Shown here: piece after piece, positions 11,487 to 22,019 of the stretch
Numbering within the stretch: position 1 is the stretch's first letter
Layout of the letters: every line of letters starts with the position of its first letter
Assembly: GCA_032718475.1 (NCBI GenBank)
Contig: JAUCBJ010009058.1
Coordinates: 63,847 to 127,846, forward strand
Source of the DNA: Nemertoderma westbladi
Lineage: Eukaryota > Animalia > Xenacoelomorpha
DNA length: 64,000 bases
Reading direction: 5' to 3'
Translations under genes and position numbers: made by a program
The notes under the pieces: model-generated
What the model was told of the DNA's origin: nothing
What the model saw: only the letters and a program-made list of their open reading frames with translations
Database searches by the model: none

Positions 11487-12050
11487 ATGGATTCTGATTT
11501 ATTTCAAAGATACAGTAAACCTCAATATGGTGGTTCAGACTCTAATCTTGCTGTTTTTAAAGGTGGTAGAAGTACCAGAGGTTCGACGCAAGTTCCTGTT
11601 TTTCGAGGTGGTTCATATATTTACCCTTACGGTCAACAAATTGACACATTTGGTCCAAACTTAAAACAACGTCGTTTTCAGCGTTATCGTAGAGGTATGC
11701 GGGCAAATCAACACGGAGAAGGTATATTTACAGACGCTTTATCGACATTGAAAAAATTTGGTAAGCCATTAGCTAAAAAAGTTTTACAGAAAGCTTTACC
11801 ATTTACCACAAAATTTATGAGACAACACGTAATACCAAAAGGTAAGCGGGTCTTACATCAGCAGGCTAATACGGTTATTAATAAAGCATTAAATAAAATG
11901 AAACCGTCAACAAGGTCAGTTGTAGAAAAAGTTTATAGAGATTTAAAGCGACCCGCTAGACCAATGTCTATGAACATACATCATGGACGTAGTAATAAAA
12001 ATAAAAAAATAAAGGGCAAACTGAAACACTGTGAAAAAAGTATTTTTTAA
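11487..12050 (+). CDS. Basic virion core / membrane-active precursor protein
   Basis: Repeated xxGG/xxGxG protease-type sites (QYGG, FKGG, FRGG, QHGEG), followed by an amphipathic cationic helix IFTDALSTLKKFGKPLAKKVLQKAL. Lies directly upstream of the MCP. Confidence 0.72.
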   Translation: MDSDLFQRYSKPQYGGSDSNLAVFKGGRSTRGSTQVPVFRGGSYIYPYGQQIDTFGPNLKQRRFQRYRRGMRANQHGEGIFTDALSTLKKFGKPLAKKVLQKALPFTTKFMRQHVIPKGKRVLHQQANTVINKALNKMKPSTRSVVEKVYRDLKRPARPMSMNIHHGRSNKNKKIKGKLKHCEKSIF

Positions 12051-12052
12051 TA

Positions 12053-13312
12053 ATGTCAATTATTAAGGAATTAGATTTATTTTCTACACAGCCAATACAG
12101 ACTGAATTTAAAGCAAAGCATTATGAAACAATTTACCCCGTATCTAATCTCAGAAGTGAATCTAGGGAGGTCACGTTCCTTGTACCGAGATCCAATGAAT
12201 TCTATACGAAACTGCAAGACGCGTTATTAATTACAAAATGTACTGTACGCTGGGATAGACGACTTGAAAACTCCCATATTTATATGCTGAATTACCCCGC
12301 TGAAACTATGTGGAGTGATATTAAAATAGACCTTAATGAGAAGCAGGTTGAAAATAGCAATAACCATTATTTCTACAAGTCGTACTTATCCAATTTATTA
12401 TTTACAACTTACGAGGATAAAAATGGGCTACTGGGTGCGGGTGGCTTTCATCAACCTTTATCTGAACACGGAAATGAAATTGATCCCGGCGCGCATCCTA
12501 TTGCCGATGCCTTTAGTAAACAAATGCAATTTGTAAGTGGATTGACAATTGATTTTGATACTGAAACTAAAATAATACAACCCGGGTATGATTTAAGAAT
12601 GCATTTTAGAAAAGTATCAAATTCGTTTATTTTTAAAATCACTCCAAATGCAAACGCTGTGACAAATCTTCGGTTAGAATTAGATGAAATAAAGATTCTA
12701 ATCCCTAGAATGGAGGTTAATCCAGTAATAGAAAGCAGTCACCTAAAAGGTTTAGAGAGTTACGATATTGAATATCAATTCCAAAAAAAGGAGGTGACAA
12801 CATTTACTATTCCCGCACAAACCACAAATTACACCCAAACAAACATATTTGATGGTAAAAAACCCAAATTAGTTATTATTGGCTTCATAACAAATAACGC
12901 TTACTCGGGAGAATTAATTAGCAATCCCTTGAAATTTGAACATTTTAACCTTAGACGCGCGGAACTGATTGTAGACAGTCTTCCAGTAGGGGGTGTAATA
13001 TACGAGCCTAATTTTACAGATGGAACATATATTTTTGAGTATACTCAATTAATGAAGAACATTAATACATATATTAACGGTTATGGAGGTAATAATATAG
13101 ACCATGAAACCTACTTAGGTAATTGTCCCATCTTATCCTGGGACCTAACCGCCGACGGCTATGTTAGAGATCCGCAACCGTCGATATATACTAACGGCCA
13201 ATTAAAATTAAGATTTGCCGAACCGTTGGTTGAAACCATAAATGTAATCATTTTTAATATTTATGATCAATCATTAAGTTTAAATAGCAGGAAAGAAATA
13301 CATATCGATTAA
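12053..13312 (+). CDS. MCP: Major capsid protein (double jelly-roll, hexon-like)
   Basis: 419 aa with ELDLF..PIQT, AYSG....NPLKFEHFNL, WDLTAD and LKLRFAEPL motifs; sits just before the protease. Frame is intact. Confidence 0.88.
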   Translation: MSIIKELDLFSTQPIQTEFKAKHYETIYPVSNLRSESREVTFLVPRSNEFYTKLQDALLITKCTVRWDRRLENSHIYMLNYPAETMWSDIKIDLNEKQVENSNNHYFYKSYLSNLLFTTYEDKNGLLGAGGFHQPLSEHGNEIDPGAHPIADAFSKQMQFVSGLTIDFDTETKIIQPGYDLRMHFRKVSNSFIFKITPNANAVTNLRLELDEIKILIPRMEVNPVIESSHLKGLESYDIEYQFQKKEVTTFTIPAQTTNYTQTNIFDGKKPKLVIIGFITNNAYSGELISNPLKFEHFNLRRAELIVDSLPVGGVIYEPNFTDGTYIFEYTQLMKNINTYINGYGGNNIDHETYLGNCPILSWDLTADGYVRDPQPSIYTNGQLKLRFAEPLVETINVIIFNIYDQSLSLNSRKEIHID

Positions 13313-13314
13313 GT

Positions 13315-13767
13315 ATGTTATCTACAGAGGACCTTGATATGTTTCCAGTGGGTGGTCACTATTTGGGCGCGTTTCCAGCTAATAAATTACCTAAATTAGA
13401 TAATAATAAGCGGCAGGATTATGGCTTGATAGTAAATACCGATAAAGAGCATCTGCCTGGGATTCATTGGATCGCGATATATATACGAGATAATGAGGCC
13501 GAAGTATTTGACTCGTTTGGACCAAAATATCCAAACAGATGCATCGAAAAATGGCTTGAGAAATATTCCGCAAGGTGGCGTACTACTCGCAAACAATTTC
13601 AAGACCCAAGGAGGACCACATGCGGTCTGTACTGTCTGTATTATTTGGTAAATCGTATTCACACAATCTATCCAATGAGAGCGTTTACAAATAATGTGGA
13701 AATAAATGAAATAATATTATATAAATGGCTTGTTAATTATTATAAAATAAACCAACATGCGTTGTAA
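13315..13767 (+). CDS. PRO: Adenain/Ulp1-like cysteine maturation protease
   Basis: IVNTD...PGIHWIA (His), FDSFG (Asp), FQ....TTCGLYC (Gln, Cys). Confidence 0.94.
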   Translation: MLSTEDLDMFPVGGHYLGAFPANKLPKLDNNKRQDYGLIVNTDKEHLPGIHWIAIYIRDNEAEVFDSFGPKYPNRCIEKWLEKYSARWRTTRKQFQDPRRTTCGLYCLYYLVNRIHTIYPMRAFTNNVEINEIILYKWLVNYYKINQHAL

Positions 13768-13802
13768 TTAATCATTTAGCTTGCTTTTGTTTATCAGATA
13801 AA

Positions 13803-14405
13803 ATGGATAATATTATTTTTGTTGATTTTCAATATTATAAGATAGACAATAAGGAGTATCCGGTAGTATTTAAAGAATTTGCAATATACGATTCTAATTA
13901 CACCAAAACTAATGTAAAGACGTTTTTAATTAAAGGCCCGTCTAATATTAAGTTATCAGCTTTAGATGCAGCTCACGTAAACAATTTACGGGATATGACT
14001 TCTCACTTGCCCTGGGACTACGGGGACATTTCTCAAGATGACTTTAAAAAATATATGAAGAGACATTTAAAATATAAAAAAAATATTCATGTATTTGGGT
14101 TGCTGAAGCGGGCAATATTAGTTTCCCAACTCGATGTTCTCGAGCCAAATTCGGTGGAGAAATTGGGAATATATAAACAATATCACGATTATTTAACGCC
14201 TTGTCGATTTCACGACCGATTCACTACAGTAGAAAGTAAATGCGCGTTCCACTTAAACATAAGGGATAACTGTCTGCGATACTGCTCAGCAAAACGCGTT
14301 GGGGGGTATGAGGCGCTACACTTTTTCATGAGAAAGCGTTTAACTGCGACTGATGATGATGATGATAAACAGAAAGAAATAACTGCGGTGGAAGATGTAC
14401 TGTAG
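13803..14405 (+). CDS. Polinton accessory protein, possibly a divergent DEDD/RNase H-like exonuclease fold
   Basis: N-terminal IIFVDFQ....VFKEFAI and HLPWDYG, Cys/His-rich C-terminus; followed by AATAAA signals near 14456-14470. The fold call is a by-eye resemblance only. Confidence 0.55.
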   Translation: MDNIIFVDFQYYKIDNKEYPVVFKEFAIYDSNYTKTNVKTFLIKGPSNIKLSALDAAHVNNLRDMTSHLPWDYGDISQDDFKKYMKRHLKYKKNIHVFGLLKRAILVSQLDVLEPNSVEKLGIYKQYHDYLTPCRFHDRFTTVESKCAFHLNIRDNCLRYCSAKRVGGYEALHFFMRKRLTATDDDDDKQKEITAVEDVL

Positions 14406-14527
14406 GTTTACTCTAAGCATGTAATGTGATGGGATAATATAATTGTTTTAATGTCAATAAAAATAATAAAAACATTAAAATCTATTTTTTATATCTCAGT
14501 TTGACTAAAGGTGTAGGGCTTAAGTTT

Positions 14528-14547
14528 ACACACACACACACACACAC

Positions 14548-14627
<80 letters not shown>
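14528..14627. repeat. (CA)n microsatellite inside the Polinton central spacer
   Basis: About 100 bp of CA dinucleotide with one interruption. Confidence 0.97.
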
Positions 14628-14628
<1 letters not shown>

Positions 14629-15519
14629 GCACCTACCGGTAGCCGGCGGTTGTATCAGAGTTTAACTACCAGTAGCTAGCTGATTTTACTACATATGCCA
14701 ACAACGCTAAACTGTAGAACGGCAGAATGGCCCCCGACAGCAACCACAGAGCTTTAGCATTACCGGTACCGTACTTACTAATAATAAAATTAAATTAAGT
14801 CGACATGCGGGTTCGTGAATACAGCATTAGAGGAGGCCCACCTAACAATAGGCCTACTGGTACCAGCACGGTAGCACTCTTGTACCTGTATACTTGGATA
14901 GCGCAAGAGCATGCTGGTTTCTTTGATTTAAGGATTAGGCTATTACACTTGAATGCTTCCAATTTTCTGTTTACAACTTTAATTGGTCTAATCTACATTA
15001 CTGCGTGCTACTGTTGCATAGGTAAGCCTATACAGCTATAGTTAACTTTATGCGGGGCCCTTTTTCGCATGTTGACCCAATATGGTTTACGGATAGGTAA
15101 GGTACACCTTCATTTGGTTAGGCATATAGGCCTAATGACTACTCCTCAACTGAAAGCTGACTACCTCACAGACACAATAGGTGTAGTTAGGTACCGGTAG
15201 CGCTATTGGACCTATAAAATCCCCTCGCACTCTGTTACTCTAGCTGATACAATAGGTGTGGTTTGAGGTATAACTATATAAAATCCACCACATTCTCTGG
15301 TTATTAACATTCACTCTATGTTAACGATCCTATATAAAACATAGTTAGTTAGTTTATTTTATTTATTTATGCGTCCGCTTTTTAAGTTAAATTACATATA
15401 ATATAGACATACACAGACCGGTAACATTTAGGTCTACTTTACAGCTTTATAAATGCAGAAATGAGTATGAGTGTACGGGTGTACAGGTGTAGGCCTACTA
15501 GTTAGATAGCAGTATCCAT

Positions 15520-15924
15520 CTATGAAAAATGTTGATGATTACCTGTAGGCCTATTACAGGTAGGCGTTGCTAGTTTAATTTCTTTCCAAATAGTCTCCAT
15601 CGGTTCTGTTATAGTTGTAGCGGTCTCTGTTTCCCAATTCTCTTGTAGTGGTATTAATTCGTTTTGATTACCGGTACTAACTTCTTCTTCTTCTTCCGTT
15701 CCTGGATTTATTCTTATGTTCAAAGTAAAGTTTTTTGTTGTTTCTAACTTTGTAACACCGTGTTCGTGATTGATGATATTGGTAAATCCGATTTCAAATT
15801 TTTTATTAATGTATCTGATTTCCAAATCGGATACGTTTGAGGATGACACAAAAGTATCCTCACTCTCAAAATCGAACTTTATGCTGCTTTTCAACGACCG
15901 GTTGTTGATATAGGCGAAAGTCAT
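15520..15924 (-). CDS. Polinton accessory protein, unknown function (134 aa, acidic/Thr-rich C-half)
   Basis: ATG ORF with TATATATAAA about 25 bp upstream on the minus strand and AATAAA signals downstream (about 15355-15370). Confidence 0.6.
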   Translation of the reverse strand: MTFAYINNRSLKSSIKFDFESEDTFVSSSNVSDLEIRYINKKFEIGFTNIINHEHGVTKLETTKNFTLNIRINPGTEEEEEVSTGNQNELIPLQENWETETATTITEPMETIWKEIKLATPTCNRPTGNHQHFS

Positions 15925-16612
15925 CTTCTTGCTGTCTCAGGTTAGTTTATATATATAGTCAACTAAGGGTAACAGAACGGGTGGATACAGTATACCGGTA
16001 TTTGTTTTTTTTTTTTATTTTGGTTAACAAAATTATAGTTCACTGTTAGAAAAATTGAGTTTATATATATTTTTGTAGAGGGTCGCAGATGTGTACATTA
16101 CAAAATTCACATAGTTAACAAAATGCAGAACATAAACCTTTCCCATGAGGATTGGCGATATATGCTCTGTTCATTGTTCTATTCTGAATGTAGGGAGATG
16201 CATAGCGGATGTTTTAATGATATGTACCGGTATACAGAGTAGTAACAGATAGGATGGCATCGTCTTTGACTATGAATACCAGCACATATCCCTAATCTTT
16301 TCTCACCGAGCTTAGCGTTGCCTGCTGTACACTCGCACACTCATAAGTAACAGATGCGCTATTGTGGCTCACTCGTGAGCAACAATGCCAAGTTAGCTAG
16401 CTAGCTAGCCGAGGCTGCTGAGTATACTATGCCTACTTGAGTGTTACAAGAAACAATCGCTCTACTGAAGTTAATTTCCCCCTCAAACTAGTTATTGATT
16501 TTAAAAAAATATTCATAAATTTCTTCTCCCTTCAATTTAATATATATATTTTACAGTAAAAATCTCCACCACCAAACAGCAACAACAACAATAAATTTCA
16601 CTCGTACCGGTA

Positions 16613-17167
16613 CTAATTATATTTTACATCAAAAACCCCCACACCAAACAATAATAAATTATTAACCAGCTTGTTGAAAATAGGATAATATATATGAAAT
16701 TTAAACGGGGAACACATTAATGTACATTTACCAGTGTAGAAACAGCAAACAACAACAATATTATTTATTCTGACTTTACAGTTATTGAATATTTCAGGGT
16801 CGTATGAAATTTCTAGTTTAACATTATCAAATATAACATAAAACCCGATATTATTTATAAGTAACCTATAAATTACAGTATCGATACTAAAAATATAAGT
16901 ACACAAATTGATTGATTTAAAAATCAAATTAATGTTTGTTTTTTCTAATATATGTTTTTTCACTTTATTAAAATTATATTTTCCACCGAGAATTGTTATT
17001 CGTCCATTTGTAAACATTAATATGGTTGCACCAAATACCTTATATATAAACTGATTAGGTTTGAGTACAATTTTACCATTCAATTGCTTTTTTAATTCTT
17101 TCAAATTAAGTCCATAAATAATCTGCTTACAACTTATATTTTTATTTACTATTTGATAATTCATCAT
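16613..17167 (-). CDS. Divergent TATA-binding-protein (TBP)-like protein; probable start at MMNYQIVN, overlapping the pPolB 3' end
   Basis: Two-repeat layout matching the TBP core: IVN...LNLKEL...ATILMFTNGRITILGG and SIN...ISYDPEIF...VVVCCFYTGKCTLM, compared with TBP QN...LDLK...TALIFxSGKMVxTG and QN...SSYEPELF...VLLIFVSGKxVLTG. About 184 aa, the size of a TBP core. Confidence 0.75.
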   Translation of the reverse strand: MMNYQIVNKNISCKQIIYGLNLKELKKQLNGKIVLKPNQFIYKVFGATILMFTNGRITILGGKYNFNKVKKHILEKTNINLIFKSINLCTYIFSIDTVIYRLLINNIGFYVIFDNVKLEISYDPEIFNNCKVRINNIVVVCCFYTGKCTLMCSPFKFHIYYPIFNKLVNNLLLFGVGVFDVKYN

Positions 17168-20100
17168 CAACACCGTCGTCTTTTGGTTCTTCATAAATTG
17201 GTATATTTGATATTTTTATAGGTTTTTTGAGGTTTGTTTTATAGTGCCCCCAAGGAAGCGATTGATTTTTATTAAGCCAATAAAGTTTATCATCAAAGCT
17301 ACTGAGTGCAAATTTATTTTGCTTTAAGGTATAAATACGATGTAATTTAGATTGAAATCTGTGTATGTTTTTTTTTATTTCTTCATTTGAGTTATATGCT
17401 TTTAAATATTCTTCATGTGTAATATTCGTTTCCACAACAGCTCTTGTAATACCTTTTGCTCTACGAATATTTTTATTATTCCATTCCAAAATTGAATATA
17501 ATTTTGGTCTTAAAAATACTGCTTGTTTAATTTCACGTGAGGCTAGTTCGTCTTTACAGTAATAGAGTCTGGATTTATTTTTATCGCTGTAGAGCGGGTG
17601 ATCCTTAGGGTAATTGGATGTATCTAAAATATTATTTTTAATTAATGCTTTTAAAAAATTATTCTGCGATGTATTATAGTAACAACCTATCAAAGAGTCA
17701 GTGTCTGATGCAGCAATTTCAATACGGCAGTTTAATTCTTTCTCAATAGGTAGCAATTTATTGTAATACAGATCATACATATCCAATTTAGCTAAATAGC
17801 CAAATATTTAGCCTACTTAAATGCTCGGGGGCTAACGGTAATTGTAATGTTTGATCGTGAATAGCCTTGGGATAATTTAAATCACATATTAAAAAATATC
17901 CAGTAGATCCCTCAATGTCTAAATCTACCAAGTACTCGATTAGTTTTTCTGGTATTGCATTCTCTAAATGTTTAATACTTACTTCTTTGAATTGTGAGGT
18001 GGGTAGTTTTTTACTTAAATTCCCAGAATATAAAGAGTTGAAATCAATATTAAAAATATGGCATTCTTCCTTAGTAGAATCATATGTACTTGTACCTGGT
18101 ATATTTGATTCTATATAATGTTTTCGACAAAATGAAACACCACCCCTAATTGATTTTTCAAAATCTCTATATGTCTGATAATCCTTTATTAATTCTATTT
18201 TACATTTATTATATTTTAGCGCGCAATCATAGGTAAATGACGCGATACTACAGTAAAAAACCGCTTCTAAATCGTAATTTTGTTTACAAACATTCCTAAA
18301 ATTCTCAAATATATCGGCAAGCAAACAAACATCAAGTTTTAAATAGGCTAAAAGATAATCTTTGAGATTCACACAGTCGAATTATACCCATGATATTCCC
18401 GCAAACCTATAATCTTCAATTGTGCATGTTTTTTGACTTAAGTTACTAAAAAAATTATTTATAGACGGCAAACCAGTATCATTAAATTTATTTATATCTG
18501 TCAAGTACTCGTATGGAAATACTCCTTTCCGTTTAATCGTTGAGTTATTCAAGTTTGGATAAAAATATTTCATTTCTTGTAGAGTAATAGGTAAAATTGA
18601 GCTTATATCATGACTGGCTACATCCTTTGTTGAACACTCAACTAAATTACTTAAAGAAAAGCTTAAAAATTGATATGTGTCTAAGAAACGTAACTCAATT
18701 TTCTTAGAAGTGTTTTTAATTGGGATAAAGGCACTCAGTGAAATATATCGTTCTGTATTTCTCGGTATAACCTTTATATCCCAATCTGTGTATTTCTTAT
18801 CTCTAAATCCGCTTTGTAATATACAATGTATATCGTAATTGTTGGAATTGTGCCCGCAAAGTACATACAGGTATCGTTTCAATGATAAACTTCGGTTACA
18901 ACTATTACAGGCTACCGCAATATATTTACCTGTAATATGTGAATGGTGTCTGTTTTTCCCAACATTATTATTAAAGTAACATTACAATAAAAACAAAATT
19001 TTGCTTGTTCAAAATTTACAAAATCAATATTAGTAAATGACATAGTTTTATGAGTGTATATTTCTGACCAACAACATAATTCAGTTAAATCAGTATATAA
19101 TGAATCTAAGAAATCTTGAATACAATTATTATTATTTGACTTTACGAATGTTTTCAAATGACATTTTGGAGCATCAATTAATTCAGTATTGGGAACAATT
19201 AAATAACTCACAGCACACGGTATATGCTCCTGTATAATTTGATTATTAACTGACGGTTGTAAGATACATTCTATATCAAAGTAGGTGACAAACAATGGGG
19301 ATAAGGTTCTATCTAAATTTGTAAAACTAATGTGTGTTCTTTTTTTATTAGGTAGTTTCTCGCGCTGACTTCTTCCTTGGTAGCAGGCGAGACGGTGTCG
19401 ATGAAGAACTTCCGCTCGAAAAAAATGAGCCAAACACCTTTCGCAATATTTCCTATTCCTGATATGAAGTGCTCTCGTATTCAGCAATCGATTCAAGTTA
19501 GTTATGCAAACATAATGATTCAGTTTAGGTACATTGTTATTTTTTACTACAAGTAATATATTTAATAACTGTTTATCAGGTGTAATTTTACTAAACGGAG
19601 GTTGTCTTAATATAGATACTGGGGTGCGTTTGTTGTCGTTATTCCAACATAATAAATTAATTATATATTTTGAATTTTGTTTTTCAAAAAGTTTAATTGC
19701 TAACTGCCACTCTGTTGGATAATCTTTGTTCCCGTTGTCAAAAATGAAATGAGTCATATAATTTTTGTACGATGAAGTACACTGTTTGTTGTTTTTCACT
19801 TTGCTACTAAATTTTGCAGATATAATTGCCCATTTAAAACAGTCATTATCTACCGTTTGTATATTTATTGTACAATTTTTACCTGATAGAAGAGCCTTAG
19901 GTAATTCCATATACCCATGCCCCTTATATAGTAACGACCTACACTTAGATTCAGCTAATTTAATTTCAACCCTTAATAAAGATTTAATACGCCACCCAGA
20001 ACCACGTGTGTTAAAGATGGCTATTTTTTGTAATATATTCCCCAACACATACTCAAACCATGTGTCAAAACTTTGCGGCGAATCTACAGTATTAATAGCA

Positions 20101-20705
20101 CCACCGGAAGAATTAAAATAAAAGGTTTCCAATTGCTCACCTTCTGAAAAATGTGACCTGTACATTAATACATTTAGACCTAACCACAGTCTAAGAACAT
20201 TCATTTCTTTCAATCTATCTAATATTAACTGAAGAATATTACCTCGAATTTGCATTACTGCTGTTTCTACATCGGGATAATCTCTAGAAGTTGGGAGGTC
20301 GTGGACATAAATTTCAAGACGATTATCGTGAGCTTCTTGTTCCCGCGTAAAAATTGTTGCGCATGTACCAAGAGCCACCCTTAAGTTTTTTCTAGATAAT
20401 ATATTTTTATGTTGCGGAAATTTACGCTTTCTTGTGTAGTAACATTTCAAGTGACAATCGTGTCGTAAATAATTGTCATATGTATACTCTTTATTACAGG
20501 TAGAACAAGTCAATTGATAGGTGCGGAACTCCATTTCTTTACAACCAGTAGTCGATTCATGTCGTTTATAAATTTCGCTGCATGAAGTCACGACATGACA
20601 CTTTAAACAAGAATAACTTTCAAAATGTGACCGTAGGTGGCGTAAATAATTATGTCTAGTTACATTCATATGACAGAATGAACAACATATTGTTATTTTA
20701 TCCAT
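17142..20705 (-). pseudogene. pPolB: Protein-primed family B DNA polymerase, disrupted (frameshift near 18975, stop at 18382-18384, internal deletion/frameshift near 17810)
   Basis: N-terminal Cys/His fingers, GSGW region, INIQ..DNDCFKWA...NHY segment; Exo I YFDIE; EndoVII-like HHSHITGK..CNSCN in the shifted frame; Exo II HNSNNYD; RKGVFPYEY; Exo III YLKLDV; motif A DFNSLY; motif C DTDS; PKLYS; AKGI. Motif B not found. Confidence 0.95.
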
Positions 20706-20891
20706 GTTGAAGTTTGTTTAGATAAATAATAATAATAATAATAAAATATCTCCAAAGATTAAAATAAAATGAAATGATATGATATTGACTACATCTAAAC
20801 ATTTATATGCTAGCGAGGGAAATAATTTTAAACCAATCACCAATCGCTTATGACTATTGGAAACCGCAAAGAGTTTAACTTATGATTAGGC

Positions 20892-21954
20892 TTACATGTT
20901 AGGATAATAATCTGGTTTCCATGGAGAATTAGTAACAGGCTCTACTAGAACTGGGTTACTGACAACTTTCTGTTTCTTTGCAGGTGATGCGTTGGTAAAT
21001 TTACTCGATGATCTTGGCTTCCGAGGTAATATTTCAGGAAAGACCTGTTGCGGTTGAGAGCAACTCTCTTCAACATCTGGATTAGGTGATGGGATCTCTA
21101 CGAACGCTTTAGGTTTATCCAAAAGGACAAAACCGTCAACATGGGCTTCAGTAAGAGAAACGCCATCCAGCGATTCTTTGAGAAAACTAATATGGGCTTT
21201 ATCATTCAAGTAATGCAACTCGATAGAATTTCCGCCGGCACCTACTTCAGTAGAATTATCGGTGTTGGTGATAATAATTTTTTTATTATTGGTTTTAATC
21301 ATTTTGAGACGGTCTGATAATTGAATGATATTTTTATCAAAAAGATGCTTGTCTGTTTCATCGACTTGGTTGTCCCACTCTCGCAACAAAACGGTTAGTT
21401 CCTGTTTTGACAAATTGAAACCTGTATAATAGTTAAAACCAACACTATCAGTGTATCTGAGGCTGATTTTCCATAAGCCAACATAGTTGGTTCCTTTAAA
21501 AGCTGTTACAAATCCAATAAACTCTGGATTTGATAATTCAATGTAGAATTGATCGCTAATAATCTCTAGCGGTGGAGAGAGAAATTGCAATAATTTCCCT
21601 CTGTATTGAATTAGAACTTCAGTAAAAGCTTTGTTGAGAACTTTACATTTGCCTTGTTTCTGAACGTAAACATCACCCGATGTGGGGTTGATGGAAATAT
21701 TCAAATTTCCCTGCGCAAAACGAAGAGTGGGATATATCCTACCTGGTATAATTGCTGGTCTGGATTGATGTTGGTTGTTGGTTGTTTCTAGAATGTCTAA
21801 CAAATAGCGGGTATCTTGATGGGAAAATACAAATTGATTCGTTGTCCTCCTGAGATTCCACAATAAAATACTTGCTGTGAACGACGGTACAAGTATATTT
21901 ATTGTAAGTAAATTTCCAGCTATTTGTTGCTCCGGTTTTTTGCGTTAAGGCCAT
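20892..21954 (-). CDS. Polinton protein with a probable PC4/Sub1-like ssDNA-binding domain; true start probably ATG 21954 with a frameshift near 21825
   Basis: FVTAFKGTNYVGLWK...GFNLSKQELTVL resembles the PC4 core VxxFKGxxxIDIR...GISLxxEQWxxL; C-terminal NLS-like PRKPR and PAKKQK. The 323-aa ORF lacks an ATG start while an overlapping ATG ORF lies just upstream. Confidence 0.55.
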
Positions 21955-22019
21955 AATAATAATAATAAATACGAAAAATATTACAAGTGATAAATTTTAA
22001 ACCGTATCGCTGTAATAAA

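Noticed and set aside
14805-15041. 78-aa ORF in the Polinton spacer
   Set aside because: It lies after the plus-strand poly(A) signals in palindrome-rich, apparently non-coding DNA and has no motif.
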